Source: Octopus sinensis (taxonomy: Eukaryota). From it: a DNA stretch of 64,000 nucleotides. The notes beneath the pieces were generated by a model. The model was not told the DNA's origin. It ran no database searches and saw nothing but the letters and a program-made list of their open reading frames with translations. Below, one piece after another: positions 1 to 13,484 of this stretch (positions are counted from its first letter, which is position 1; every line of letters begins with the position of its first letter). A program made the translations under genes and the position numbers. The stretch covers positions 54,622,001 through 54,686,000 of the forward strand of contig NC_043009.1 in assembly GCF_006345805.1 (NCBI RefSeq), in the 5' to 3' direction.

Positions 1-544
1 CTTGGATTGAAATGGCACGGTCATATCCTGATGTCGAAAAGATGGCTCCTAAAGTACTTATTCCATTTCCAACTACCTATGAGTGTAAGACAGCGTTTTC
101 TACTTTCCTTGCCATCAAAACAAAGTCAAGAAATTGACTAGATATCCTACCAGAAATGAGGGTCGCCTTCTCAAAACAGAGCCGAACACAGAAGAGTTGG
201 TTACTTTGCTGCAAATAAAATGACTGCTTTTGTGAATAAATAATTTCTTATATAATTTTTTGTTGCTGTTGTCAGGTTATGTATCAGGGATTCAGGAAAA
301 GGGATGGCAAACTTTCAAGGGAGGAAGAGAAGACGGTGTGGTTTTTCGTACATACTAGAGGTCCAATTGACATAAAATTCTGTACATTTTGGGATGCTAT
401 TAAAATTTTTCCGCTGAAAATAGGTAAATTGGTTGAAATGCACCTCGTGGATAATCAATAAGGGGAATGACCTGACAACAGGGAGGAATAGCATCCCAAA
501 CATGGTGAAAAGAGAAGGTGATGCCAAAAGTTCGAGAACCACTG
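1..544 (+). mobile_element. hAT (Charlie/Buster-like) DNA transposon, decayed 3' end
   Basis: Frame from nt 3 reads WIEMARSYPDVEKMAPKVLIPFPTTYECKTAFSTFLAIKTKSRN*LD, matching the hAT C-terminal dimerisation motif (YP..A..L.PF.TTY.C...FS....IKTK.RN.L) with an internal stop. The hAT-type terminus GAGAACCACTG ends at 544. Confidence 0.8.
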
Positions 545-545
545 T

Positions 546-837
546 CATGTACGTACGTATATCGTAGTTTTCGGTGTATGACCCTCGGTTTCTGTCAGCT
601 AAATGGGCAAAAATAGGTCTTACACATTTGTTAATACAGAATACTCGGGATATTTTCGGACTGATATCGTTTCTCATTTATTTTGTAACCAATTGATCAA
701 CTGATTCCCCATATTTTCATGTGTATTTATTGTATCCCAGTGGGTTATTACGTGGATTAAGTTGTAGTTATCAGGATTGCGGATCTATGGGCAGAGCGGT
801 TCATAGTCCGGAAATTACGATACGAATGTACGTCATG
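546..837. mobile_element. Possible MITE with imperfect ~38-bp terminal inverted repeats
   Basis: 546-583 (catgtacgtacgtatatcgtagttttcggtgtatgacc) aligns imperfectly to the reverse complement of 798-837. No clear TSD. Confidence 0.35.
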
Positions 838-949
838 CTAATTATCCTGCTAATTATCCTGCATTTTAATGAGGACCGCGAATCATCAAAAAAACTGTAA
901 AGGGACCGGCACATAAATTTTTTTGAAAAGTTTGAGAATCACTGGCATA

Positions 950-1380
950 GGTGCAAGGATGCTTATGTGGTTAAGAGGGTTGCATTGCAACCATGTGGTT
1001 TCGGGTTCAGTCCCTTCGCTCAGCACCTTCGGTATGTAACTTTTACTATAGCCACGGACCGACCAGTGCTTTTTGAGTGAATCTGGTAGAAAGACCGTCG
1101 TGTGCGTTGGTGTGAGTGTGGGTGTGTGGGTGGGTGGGTGTGTGGGTGTGCATGTGTGTGTGCGCGCGCTTGTGTCTTTGTGTTTGTCCCCACCTCCACC
1201 ACCTCTTGACAACTTGGTGGTGGTTTGTTTGCTCTCGTAACCTTGCGGTTCAGCAAAAGTTATCGATAGAAATAAATACCACACTTCAAAGAATTAAAAG
1301 AGCTGAGGTTGGTTTGTTCAGATAAACCCTTCAAAGCAGTGCTGCCGCATGACCGCAGTCCAAAGACTGAAAAAAATAAA
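950..1380 (+). mobile_element. SINE family A, diverged copy with (TAAA)n tail
   Basis: tRNA-like head, internal (TG)n and the family-A 3' part (cttgacaac...gatagaa...ccgcagtc..gactgaaa). Confidence 0.7.
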
Positions 1381-1384
1381 TGAA

Positions 1385-1415
<31 letters not shown>

Positions 1416-1713
1416 ATATAGAAAAGCAAGCAAAATACAAAGAACAAGTGAACACACTTACACACACACACACACACACACACACTTATACACACGCATA
1501 TATATATATTCACACATATACACACATATATTTACATGGTGTTATGATATAGATATGTGGAAAGAAGGTCAGAGGTAAACATTAAATAAGTATGATAAAA
1601 TAAACAAAGCAAGCAAATATATGGCGTTAAGAGTTATATAAATCAACGTGGTGTGACACAGATGTTTTTATATTCCCCTTTTTTCTTGACGTATTTTCGA
1701 TTTATACATTTCA

Positions 1714-1785
<72 letters not shown>

Positions 1786-1965
1786 GTGTGTGTGTGTTCT
1801 TCTCTGTTTCTCCTTAATTTTAGAGTAAACTTTGACCGGTCACCTGCTTGGTAGTAAACTTGCAAAAAAAAAAAAAAGCATCTTGTTTTATTCATCATCC
1901 TTTAAATCTTAAGAAGGTCTTGTACATTTTTATAGACCCAGATATCGTGATCATTTGTCGCATAC

Positions 1966-2470
1966 TGTGGAGGCGCAATAGCCCTGTAGTTAGGGCAGCA
2001 GACTCGCGGTCGTAGGATCGCGGTTTCGATTCCCAGACCGGGCATTGTGAGTGTTTATTGAGCGAAAATACCTAAAGTTCCACGAGGCTCCGGCAGGGTG
2101 GGGGTGAACCCCGCTGTACTCTTTCACCACAACTTCCTCTCACTCTTTCTTGCTGTTTCTGTTGTACCTGCATTTCAAAGGGCCAGCCTTGTCACTCTCT
2201 GTGTCACGCTGATTCTCCCCGAGAACTACGTTAAGGGTACACGTGTCTGTGGAGTGCTCAGCCACTTGCACGTTAATAAATGAGCTGCGACGTCACTGGT
2301 GCCAAGCTGTATCGGCCTTTACCTTAACCTTGGATAACATCGGTGCGTTGGAGAGTGGAGGCCAGTATGCATGGGCGACTGTTGGTCTTCAATAAACAAC
2401 CTTGCTCAGACTTGTGCTTCGGAGGGTAACTTTCTAGGTGCAATCCCATGGTCATTCATGACCGAAGGGG
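1966..2470 (+). mobile_element. SINE family C head/body (1966-2280) fused to a different SINE tail (2281-2470)
   Basis: 1966-2280 matches the reverse complement of 47288-47671. 2281-2470 matches the reverse complement of 51325-51510. Confidence 0.75.
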
Positions 2471-2483
2471 TCACAATGTAGCA

Positions 2484-2710
2484 TACTCTCTTGACTCTTT
2501 TACTTATTTCAGTCATTTGACTGTGGCCATGCTGGAGCACCGCCTTTAGTCGAGCAAATTGACACCAGGACTTATTCTTTGTAAGCCTAGTACTTATTCT
2601 ATCGGTCTCTTATGCCGAACCGCTAAGTTACGGGGACGTAAACACACCAGCATCGGTTGTCAAGCGATGTTGCGGGGGACAAACACAGACACACAAACAT
2701 ATACACACAG

Positions 2711-2767
<57 letters not shown>

Positions 2768-2930
2768 TACGACGGGCTTCTTTCAGTTTCCGTCTACCAA
2801 ATCCACTCACTAGGCTTTGGTCAGTCCGAGGCTACAGTAGAAGACACTTGCCCAAGGTGCCACGCAGTGGGACTGAACCCGGAACCATGTGGTTCGTAAG
2901 CAAGCTACTTACCACACAGCCACTCCTACG
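2484..2930 (-). mobile_element. SINE family A, full length
   Basis: Reverse complement has the head aggagtggctgtgtggtaag...ggttccgggttcagtccc (A/B boxes), internal (TA)n and an (agtaaaag)-type tail. Confidence 0.9.
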
Positions 2931-3265
2931 ATATGCATTCTCTCCCCAAGATCCAAAGTTCAGACATACTTTGCTCCAGACGCGTTGATATGTACCCTGT
3001 TGCTGCAATAATAATTGGTATGAAGCTGGAAGTGTATCTTGGGTAATGGATTTGCAAACTCCTAATCAATGGTCCATAGATGTCCACTTTCTCTTGTACT
3101 TTTCTAATCACATTCGTGTCCAGAGAGCAGCTGGTTTTCACAACAGAACATATCTTTTCTTTGAGGTCCCATACAACGATATATGGCCGGTTGTGTTTTA
3201 ACTTGGTGGTTGTTTTGATTTTTAAGTTCTAACAATATTCTTTTGTCACATCAATCTCAATATGC
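2925..3265 (-). pseudogene. RLE-type (R2/R4-group) LINE, C-terminal endonuclease remnant
   Basis: Minus strand gives HNRPYIVVWDL and, after a frameshift, SCSLDTNVIRKVQEKVDIYGPLIRSLQIHYPRYTSSFIPIIIAATG. This resembles the PD-(D/E)xK restriction-like endonuclease region. Confidence 0.65.
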
Positions 3266-3470
3266 ATGTATGTATGTATGTATGTATGTATGTATGTATG
3301 TATGTATGTATGTATGTATGTATGTATGTATGTATGCATGCATTTATGTATGTATGTATGTATGTATGTATGTATGTATGTATGCATGTATGTATGTATG
3401 TATGTATGTATGTAATTATGTATATAGATGGATGGATGGTTGGATGGATGGATGTGTGAGTGTATGGATG
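3262..3470. repeat. (ATGT)n/(ATGG)n microsatellite
   Basis: Directly visible; source of the YVCM/HTYI pseudo-ORFs. Confidence 0.97.
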
Positions 3471-3879
3471 TATACCACAAGGGTATTAGTATCTGTGCCT
3501 TTCATCCTTTCGGGGTCGATTAAATAAGTACCAGTTACGCACTGGGGTCGATATAATCGACCTAATCTGTTTGTCTGTCCTTGTTCGTCTCCTCTGTGTT
3601 TAGCCCCTTGTGGGTAGTAAAGAAATATGTATTAGTATCTTCCAATCATTTTGGAGTAGTTGCTGAAGATGCGGATGGTATCTTCCAGACTGGTATACCA
3701 AAACCGCCATTTTCTATTACAACGTGGAGGTTTCCACGGCATCTTTGTCTCTCTTGTTTTTCAGGTCTTTAACAGCTATCGTCTGTTGCTGGAGAGCAAA
3801 AGTATATCTCTCTAGATATGTCTGTATGTATGTTTTCTCTTTCTCTATAAAATGTAGAGTTAATTTTGACCGGCCACCT

Positions 3880-4980
3880 ACTTGGTAACAAGGTTATAAA
3901 TGAGAGAAATCTTATAGAGGTCTTATGGGTTTTTATTGTCCCAGATATCGCGACCATTGGTAGCGTACGAATCAAGGAGTTGCTTTCCCTCCCTAAGAAC
4001 CCAAATTCAGTCATACTTTGCTTCAGTGGTTTACTACATATCTTGTTGCTCTAATAATTATAGGTATGAAAAGAAAAATGTATCTTGGGTACTGGATTTG
4101 CAAACTCTTTTATCAATGGTCCACAAATGTTTCCTTTATCTTATATTTTTCTGACCAGACTAGTGTCTAGAGGACAGCTGATTTCCACAGCAGAACATAT
4201 TTTTCTCGTGTCCCTATACAATATCTGGCAGATTGTTTTATAACTTCGGGCTTCCACCAATATTCTTTTGGTCCATCAGCCTCAATAAAGTCAACTTCAC
4301 TTGTTGGTATTTTCATTTTTCTTAATTTTTTTCCAGACTGTTCTGGGCACCACGTCATGCCGCATGGGAAAGATAATATCTACAAAACATTCTCTTGCAG
4401 TTGACAATAATAATGTTGATGTCTTCAGTCATAGTTTTGCACAGACTACATTTGTTGTCTGTCAATGTTTTCTGCCTTGTATGCTGCAGGTACTTCGTGG
4501 GGATCTCTTGTTCTTGAAGATAACCTTCAAAGTAGGATGTCATAAACTTGACGGTACTCCATGCTAAGCATTTGATACGATTTATTCCCCCTATAGCTCC
4601 CGTCTTCAGTGCCAAGTACTCATGCACTAACTTCTCAATGAACTGGTTCATATTTATATTTTGTCGTTCTGATATATAGGCAGAGACCTGCGCCAGATCT
4701 TATATTATATCTCTCTTTAAGTTCATTATCTATCTTAGTGATGGTATCTTCGTACTTGTAAATTTGGGCAAGATGCTTACAGCTCTCTTTCCTTTGCTGC
4801 AGGTATTGCTTCATATGACACCACATCAATACAGATTTAAGTCCATGGTCACCATTTATGCGTGGGAAGTATAGCTTGCCAACATTTCCAATGATGTTAA
4901 AGTTTCCAGTAACACTGAGCTGTATATTCGTTATTATTTAGTTGCAATTCTACATTTCTTGCCATTGGAGAACAAGTCAG
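3880..4980 (-). pseudogene. RLE-type (R4/Dong-like) LINE, decayed post-RT, zinc-knuckle and endonuclease region
   Basis: Frameshifted motifs GKLYFPRINGDHGLKS (cf. RLY.PR..GGRGL), YFEGYLQEQEIPTKYL, KCSLCKTMTEDINIIIVNC (decayed CCHC) and KEYWW. Homologous to 2925-3265. Confidence 0.7.
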
Positions 4981-5084
4981 CTTCTAATTTAGATCCAAGG
5001 CTCTTTCATTAGAATTTCAACATTATCGGGGTAGTTGTGCAGGTATGTGTGTATATGTGCAAATATTTGAAGTCAGTACATGTA

Positions 5085-5389
5085 CTTCGTTGTTTGTTTG
5101 CTCCTTCTCGAGCCATGCCTGGCTCATAAGGGCCGGTTTCCCGGTTTCCTTGGCGTATAGGTTCCCCACCTGGACGGGACCCCGGTCCATCGCAGGTGAG
5201 CTGCAAGATGCAGGAAGAAAGAGTGAAAGAAAGTTGTGGCGAAAGAGTCAGCAGAAGTTCGCCGTTACCTTCTGCCGGAGCCGCGTGGAGCTTAGGTGTT
5301 TCGCTCATAAACACACACATTGCCCGGTCTAAGATTCGAACCCGCGATCCCTCGCTGCTCTAACCACTAGGCCATGTGTCTCCACATTC
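5085..5389 (-). mobile_element. SINE with family-C-like head and a V-domain-like tail
   Basis: tRNA-like head at 5330-5389. The tail gtcccgtccaggtggggaa...gaaaccgggaaaccggccc..atgagcc is shared with 36840-36930. Confidence 0.6.
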
Positions 5390-5499
5390 AGTACATGTAC
5401 AGATCTATATGTTTTGTCTTATGTATGTATACTCATACATATAGTTATGTGTCTAGATATGTGCCTATGTAGTTACATGCTAAACTTTTGGTAGGTTTT

Positions 5500-6233
5500 T
5501 ATTGGATTATCCTATAAACAATTCGGTTTTTTATACTTCTTTTATTTTTCAAAATTAAGATAAACAAAGTTCTTTTTTAATCTAGAATATACTCTCCCTT
5601 ATTTTCAACAATGCTCTTCCATCTATCTGATAGACTTGCAAGGCCCTTCTTCCAAAATTCACATGTCCGTGACGAAGTGACGAAAAATACTCCTCCTGTA
5701 CTGTTCTGACCACGTCTACAGAATTCATATTTTTTCCATCCAAATGATTTTGAAGACTGCGGAATAAATGATTATCAGATGGGGCAATTTCCGGTGAATA
5801 TGGTGGGCGGGACATCGTTTCCCGTTCAAACTGTTCCGGCCTTTGGAATGTCATCCTCGCTGTATGTGGCCGCGCATTATCCTGATGGGAGAACACCTTT
5901 CGTCTTGAAACAAAAGATGGTTGTTTTTCTTCTAGCGCAGGTGTCGATAAATGGCTGAATTACCAAATCCAAGCTTCTCTGCGAGTTCCTCAACAGTTAC
6001 GATGGGATTTACAGGACGTCTGCGTCGAGCTCTACAGATCTTCCCAGGCGAGGCTCGTCTTCTAGGCCGTAGTTTCGGGCTCGGAATTTCTGGAGCTACC
6101 ATTGACACCGACTTACGCTTATTGTCCGAACCCCAAATACTGCATTACTATTCCTCGCACTTTTCGTCGCGTTGTTGCCTTTATTGAACCCATAAAGTAA
6201 AATATGCCAAATATGCTCCTTTGTCACTCCCAT
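5500..6233 (-). pseudogene. Internally deleted mariner transposase
   Basis: ATG at 6233 begins MGVTKEHIWHILLYGFNKGNNATKSARN...W*LQKFR...LEDEPRLGR (HTH region). This joins directly to HQDNARPH...PPYSPEIAPSDNHLFRSLQNHLDG (mariner C-terminal catalytic motifs). TIR-like sequence starts at 5500. Confidence 0.9.
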
Positions 6234-7013
6234 TATAGCTTTGAAAAAATAACTGTCAGCTCACAGATGAACATCTGCCCAGTCAGCTTCGAGCTGTCAC
6301 TTCATTAGTCAAAGCGGACATTGATAAATTGCGCAAAAACAAAATATCAAGTTTCACATTAATAAAACTAAAGTTAATTTTAAATGTCTTTATTGTTTGA
6401 AAATGAATTCACAATGTATTCATAACTCATTACACTAGTTGTCATTAGATTACATAGTTTTGACGGCGACTGGCCCTAATAGTTCTTCAAATGTTCGAAA
6501 GGGGCCAGCCAATGAAAAATGTTGCACACTCCTGCTTTAAGTCCCGTGGAGCTGAGTAAAACTGTTATTAATAATTTACGCAGCTCCAACCAAATATGCT
6601 GCTTTCTTTAGATCTTACACACTCTCACGAATATCTATCTATTTATCTATCTATATGTGTGCATTATGTGTGTGTATTTGTGTGTGTATGCGTGTGTGTG
6701 TTTGTGTGAGTGTATGTATGTGTATATAAACATTTATGTATGTACGTGTGCGTGTGTGTGTGTTTGCATGTGAACATAAGAAGAGATTTATGAATACATT
6801 CTATCTTTCTCTATGATTGATTCTCAATGCAGAGTAAGCTTTCCTGACTACAAGAATTAGATAAATATTTTAACGACGTCGAGTTAATAATTAGCGTAGG
6901 TTTATCACGGAGTCAAATTCACGAACGATACACACAGAGCAGTTTTTAAGACTTTATTTCAACAAAATTAGTAATTAAATTCAATGGCCACAAAATTACA
7001 TTTATTAGATACA

Positions 7014-7015
7014 CT

Positions 7016-7093
<78 letters not shown>

Positions 7094-7098
7094 TAGAT

Positions 7099-7191
<93 letters not shown>

Positions 7192-7200
7192 GTGATAGAT
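7014..7200. repeat. (GATA)n/(GACA)n microsatellite
   Basis: Directly visible. Confidence 0.97.
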
Positions 7201-7984
7201 AAAGATGTAAATGTTTATTTTATGTTAATAAAGAATTTACATTAAACCGAAGGATTACTCCATACTTTTTGTAGTGTACAATTTATTATTCTTTAAGAAG
7301 AATTGTATTGCCAGGGATTTCGAAATTCGGTCGTCATTGGACTGTGGCACATTTGAGTTCATCTTGGCTTTATAGAGTCTCTGTTAAGTTTAAAATTTCT
7401 GGAGTAGGTGGGACTCTATTACATGATAATTGAGTTGTATGGCAGGTTGTGATGGGGAGGTTTTATGGAAAAAATTTTTTTTGGTTAAATTTAAAGTTGT
7501 GTTTTTCAGAATTTATTTATGCGTGTAAAACTTTATAATCGAGCTTGTCTTTTTAGGTGGGTCAGTTTCGGGTCATGAGGCTGTTTTGCGGGGTTCTCAA
7601 AAGAATGTATATAGGTGAAAGGGTTTAGCTGATCAGCAGATGTGCCACAAGGTTTAGTTATTGTTGGGTTTTTGGAAGTTATCAATCAAGAATCTCACGT
7701 GAAACAGGTATACTCTTATTTAAAATACCAACTGCAAGTAAAGAAATCCACTGATCAAAGAAAAAAATTGCGTTAATAATATTGTAACATTAGACATAAT
7801 AGTTTTGAATACAGTTATAAATCTACTTAAATTCTTTTGTAAACCCTCAAAATCTCCATGACCTAATAGCTGACGCACCTGAATAAACACAACTAATGAC
7901 AATGGTTTTAATTCTGGACAGAACTCTGAACTTTAACTTTCACTTTCTCAAAACAATAAGGTTAAATCTCTAATTTATATCGAA

Positions 7985-8200
7985 ATGAGGCAGCAACCAG
8001 GCAGAATCGTTGTCGCATCGAATGAAATACTTAACATTTCGTCTGCCTTTACATTCTGAGTTAAAATTCCACTGAGGTCGACTTTGCCTTTCATCCTTTC
8101 GGGGTCGATAAATTAAGTACCAGTTGTGTACTGGAGTCGATCTAATCGACAGGCCTCCTCCCCAAAAATTTAGGGCCTTGTACCTAGAGTAAAAAAGATA
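7985..8200 (+). mobile_element. SINE family B (Deu/Nin-domain-like), diverged
   Basis: Contains the core gtcgactttgcctttcatcctttcggggtcgataaattaagtaccag. Confidence 0.8.
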
Positions 8201-8565
8201 TTATCATTATTATTATTATTAGACAACTATATTAGCCATTTAACTATTCGATTGCTTGACTTCGTTTGACCATTAAATGATTTGTTTTGTCAGACTTCTT
8301 CCCTCACCTTTCACGACCTCATCGATGGCGTGCCCTAGTTACTCCAGGTCTGTCATGATGTATCAAAACTAGATTCTTAAAATCAGTTACAATTTTGTCA
8401 ACCTTCATGAATGACTTTTTTTACATACATCTGTGTGTGTGTGCGTGCGCCCGCCTGAGTGTATATACGTGTATGTGTGCATGTGTACAGATATATGCAT
8501 AGTCATACGATTGTTCAAATAATCATGCAATTTCGAAAAACTGATTTTACGCAAATCAAAGGAAG

Positions 8566-8656
<91 letters not shown>

Positions 8657-9409
8657 GGAAGGGAGAGAGAGAAAGAGACTGAGGGGATAAGTATAATCTT
8701 GGCTATCGTGGATCCTGGCTAGCGCGGTATTCCATAATCTGAATGAGATCCGTAAACTTCTATTGATATAAATGGGAGCTCTACACAGCTCCGAGATAAG
8801 ATCCAATGGGCGTGAAATAAGCCCTGCAGAGTGAAAAGTAAAAGTAATACACCCAAATAAATTCATCATCCCAAAATTCATTTGGTCGATGTCAATTGAG
8901 AAAATGAATGAACTTTAGAATTATTACACAATTCTATATATAATTTCCTGTATTGCATAACATTCTATGAATTACATAACATTACGAGATATGGAATAAA
9001 ATATCGTCCTTTCCCGAAAGCAATTCGATCTATTATGTTAAACTGTTGTATGTCCAAATTTGGCCAAATGCCGTTTTTGTTTTGTTTGTTTTTGTTTTGT
9101 TTTGTTTTATTTTATTTTTTGTCAATATTTAATTTTGCTTGCAATAGCCGGTTCTTTTGGTCGAACTATCGTATCTACAGCTGCTGTGTCTTTGTGTCTG
9201 TGCTTGTCTCCCCACCCACCGCCTGACAACCGGTGTTTGTGTGTTTGCGTCCCCGCAACTTGGCGGTTCGACTAAAGAAGCCGATAGAATAAGTACCAGG
9301 TTTAAAAAATAAGTACTGGGTCGAGTAATTCTACTAAAAATTCAATGCGGTGTCCCAGTGTGGTCGCAGTCAAATGACTGAAACAAGATGTGTGTGTGTG
9401 TGTGTGTGT

Positions 9410-9446
<37 letters not shown>

Positions 9447-9961
9447 GTGCATACCTACATACACACACATTAAGTGCGTGGTTCTTCGTAGTTTAAAAGA
9501 GGGCACGTGTATTTGTTGTATCTAGAGTTGTGAAATGTCACTGCTCAACCGAACATTGATAACGTGAGGCATTTATGCGTGAAGCAATCATTGCTCCAGG
9601 GTAAATGGTAAATACCGGCTGAATATGAAATACATCTTCAGACGAAACTTCACACCAAGAAGTAAATGAGTTTAAAAGGGAAGTATAACACATTTATGCA
9701 ACTTCTAAGTAAAATAGTTTCCTTTTTTTTTACTTTTTCTGAATTATTTAGGTTGCACTTGAATAATAATAGAAATCAATGAGAGGAATTTCATTCGGTA
9801 AATCTTGTCAATATTGGTGCTGAAGAAAAACGAACTTGTGAGGCAAAAAGTGATCAAGTAGGAAAGGAAATAGCACGCGATTTCCCTATTTAAATATCTG
9901 AAAAAAGGAATTGAACCGTAAAATTTTACAAAATCTAAAGCCGTTTTTAAAACGCTTTCTA

Positions 9962-9981
9962 GAATAATAATAATGATGATG

Positions 9982-10030
<49 letters not shown>

Positions 10031-10120
10031 GAAGAAGAAGAAGAGAAGAAGAAGAAGAAGAAGAAGAAGAAAAGGTAGAAGAAGAAGAAGAAGAAGAAGA
10101 AGAAGAAGAAGAAGAAGAAT
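9962..10120. repeat. Compound (AAT)n-(AAG)n trinucleotide microsatellite
   Basis: Directly visible; gives the poly-S/poly-I pseudo-ORF 9744..10256. Confidence 0.97.
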
Positions 10121-10467
10121 GATGGAAAAATAAATAAACTGGAAAGATTCTCTCTAGTTTTGCGTAAAAGTCACTTTTCCAAAATTGTATGTTTATTTTA
10201 AACATATGGCTGTGTGTACGCACAAACAATATACATGAAACCGCATACGCACACATGCATGTATGTGTGTGTATATATATGTGCGTGTGTGTGAGTGTGT
10301 GTGTGTGTGGTGTGTGTGTGTGTAATCATAATCGTTAGTCTGACAAAATTTATTTTGTCGGACTATCGATTATGGATTAAATATTTTATTCACTGTCAGA
10401 CTTACATTTATGTTCTTTACTCTAAGTGGCCGGACATAGCTTCTTTTGAACTTGTCACTCACTTGAA

Positions 10468-10510
10468 TACATACACACATACACACATACATGCATACAT
10501 ACATACAGTC

Positions 10511-10563
<53 letters not shown>

Positions 10564-10766
10564 TACATACATACATACATACAGACAGACAGACAGACAG
10601 ACATACATACATACATACATACATGCATGCATACATACATACATACACACACACGCACATACATACATACAGGCAGACAGACAGACAGACAGACATACTA
10701 CATACATACGTACGTACATACATACTTACATACATACATACGTACATACATACAGACATACATACA
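10468..10766. repeat. Compound (CATA)n/(CAGA)n microsatellite
   Basis: Directly visible. Confidence 0.97.
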
Positions 10767-10974
10767 TATTGTGTGTATGCATACATTAATATATTTTGTA
10801 CATTGATATATATGTATATATATGTGTGTGTGTATGTTTGTGTGTGTGTGTGTATTTACATGAAGCTAAATATATGCCCGTTCATAGAGTGACCTATGGT
10901 TTCGCATCCACAAAGTGCTTCTGCTCTAACTCTTAGTGTGCTTCTTTTTCGGATATATGATCCATTGGCGATAT

Positions 10975-11011
<37 letters not shown>

Positions 11012-11105
11012 GAGGGTGAAAAAATTGGATATTAATTTAATAAATTCAATTTAAACACCAGTGGTCTAGCGCATAAAAGACTGAGATTCAGTAAATATTA
11101 TTAAT

Positions 11106-11237
11106 ACACAAATATGAGAGAGAATCCACTATGTGGACGCTCTTACGCTAAATATAGATCCTTGCGTATATAGATCCGCAAGGATCTATATCTAGCGTAA
11201 GAGCGTCCACATAGTGGATTCTCTCTCATATTTGTGT
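11106..11237. repeat. 61-bp-arm palindrome with 10-nt loop
   Basis: 11106-11166 is the reverse complement of 11177-11237 with one mismatch. Confidence 0.92.
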
Positions 11238-11450
11238 GTGTGTGTATATATATATAAGGATAAGATCGTTAATTTAATTATCGATCTTATCAAGTGGCTA
11301 GCATAGGAGCAAAAACCTTCAAAGGTAATAATTATTATTAAAATTATAATTTAGGGCATCTGAGAGATACCTTCATGCTGGAAATAGCAGTCAAAACTTG
11401 ACTCTAGATCCACATTAAATGTTCATTCAGCACTAGGAGAGAAGACAAAG

Positions 11451-11504
<54 letters not shown>

Positions 11505-11965
11505 TGAGAGAGAGAGAGAGAAGCTAGCTTTCTCCTCCGTCGCTATTTAAGTTTCGCGCTCTTTCAGGCGACATATTTTTTGTTACCTGAACGATACATC
11601 GAACGTAAAACTCTTAGTGTGTATGAAGTTTAACCACTAACCCTACCCACACGGAAATACAGTACAACATGTATTGAGTACTTTTTTTTATCTCGTTAGC
11701 CTTAGAGCTAGGGTTAAGTTTAGCGTGAGTACTTGTGTGTGTGTTTGTAGGTTATTTGTAAATCAAACATTGTGATTGCCATTTTTGTTTATTTTGTTGT
11801 TGTTTGTTTTTCCTATTAAAGATCAACAGGCATCGATTAATGTGATAATTAAGGATTAGTAAAATCTAAAATAAACTAACATGATGAGTAACAGTGCTGC
11901 AGTGTTGGAATTATATCAAGAAAGTATACATAAGTAGTAACTATAAAATATTTTTATCATATATA

Positions 11966-12196
11966 TTTCTTTACTACCCACAAGGGGCTAAACATAGAGG
12001 GGGCAAACAAGGACAGACAAAGGGATTAAGTCGATTACATCGACCCCAGTGGGTAACTGGTACTTAATTTCTCGACCCCAAAAGGATGAAAGGCAAAGTC
12101 GACCTCGGCGGAATTTGAACTCACAACGTAACGACAGACGAAATACCGCTAAGCATTTCGCCCGGCGCGCTAACGTTTCTGCCAGCTCGCCGCCTT
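11966..12196 (-). mobile_element. SINE family B, full length with TSD
   Basis: Head aggcggcgagctggcagaaacgttagc plus the core domain. Flanked by tattttt(t)atcata direct repeats (11949-11961 / 12197-12210). Confidence 0.9.
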
Positions 12197-12229
12197 TATT
12201 TTTTATCATACACTCGTAGTAATAAAAGT

Positions 12230-13260
12230 CCTTCTACTATAGGCACAATGCCTGAAACTTAAACGGAACGGACTAGTCAATTATATCAACTCCAGTGTTG
12301 TTCAACTGGTACTTATTTCAATGGCAAGGAAAAAATGAAAGGCAAAGTCGACCTCGGTGGAATTTGAACTCAAAACGTAAAACCGGAAAAAATGCCGCTA
12401 AGCATTTTGTCCGGCTTGCTAACGATTCTGCCACGCCACTGCCATGTTTTTAGTAATAATATTAAGTCTTTCAACTATAAGCACAAGACCTGGAATTTTG
12501 GGGAGAGCGGGGGGGGGGGCTAGTCGATTACACCGACCTCAATGCATGACTGGTACTTATTTTATCGACTTAGAAGGGATGAACAGCAAAGTCGATTTCG
12601 GGTGAATTTGAAGTCAGAACTTTAACCAGATGAAATGCCGCTAAAAGTTTTGTTTAGCTAATGATTCTGCCAGCTCGTCGACTTCAAGCAATAACATTAG
12701 TAATGGTTTTCAAATTTTGGCACAAGGCCAGCAATTTCAGGAGAGATCTAAATCAATTACATTGACACCCCCACCGCCACCCCACCCCCCCAGTATTCAA
12801 CTGAAATTTATTTTATTGACCCCGAAAGGATGAAAGGCAAAGTCGACCTCGGTGGAATTTGAACTCAAAACGTGAAGACAGGCGTTGGCACAAGGCCAGC
12901 AAATTCGGAGGATGAGGTAAGTCGATTACATTGACCTCTCCAAGTGCTCAACTGGAACTTATTTTATTGACCCCGAAAGAATGAAAGGCAAAGTCGACCT
13001 CGGCGAAATTTGAACTCAGAACGTAAACACACGAAGTAATAATGATAATAATAACTGTCGTTAAGATAGGTTCCAGGCCACAAATTCGGAGGAGGATATC
13101 AGTCTATTATATTGTCCCCAGTAGTTGGTTGTTACTGTATTTTGTCATACCCCAAAGTTGACTCTGATGGTGTTTTGAACTCAGAACGTTGAGGCGTAAC
13201 AGATATTGCTATGCGTTTTGTCTAACGCTCAAACGATTCTGCCTATCCACCCCTTAACAA
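12230..13260 (-). repeat. Head-to-tail array of about 6 diverged family-B SINE units
   Basis: The motif aaaggcaaagtcgacctcgg..gaatttgaactca recurs in one orientation. Confidence 0.8.
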
Positions 13261-13484
13261 CCAGAAGGCACCAAAAATAGTCGTCGTCCAAAATAGTCGT
13301 TTTAAACTGAATCCTTGCACTCTTTGGTGCAGATTTGAACTTAGACTGTCACAGGACGTAACTAATTACGAAAAAATATATAAAGAAAAAAAAACGAAAA
13401 AAACAATGTTAATGAGATATAATACTTTGGAATATAGTTATAAATCTTGAAGTGAAATATTGAGTCGTTCACTAGGGTCTGATT

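Noticed and set aside
7230-7720. Possible I-clade LINE 3' remnant on the minus strand
   Set aside because: No unambiguous motif recoverable by eye.
12230-13260. Regularly recurring ~30-bp motifs resembling a CRISPR array
   Set aside because: The units are diverged SINE-B copies in a eukaryotic context; the 'spacers' are homologous to each other and there are no cas genes.
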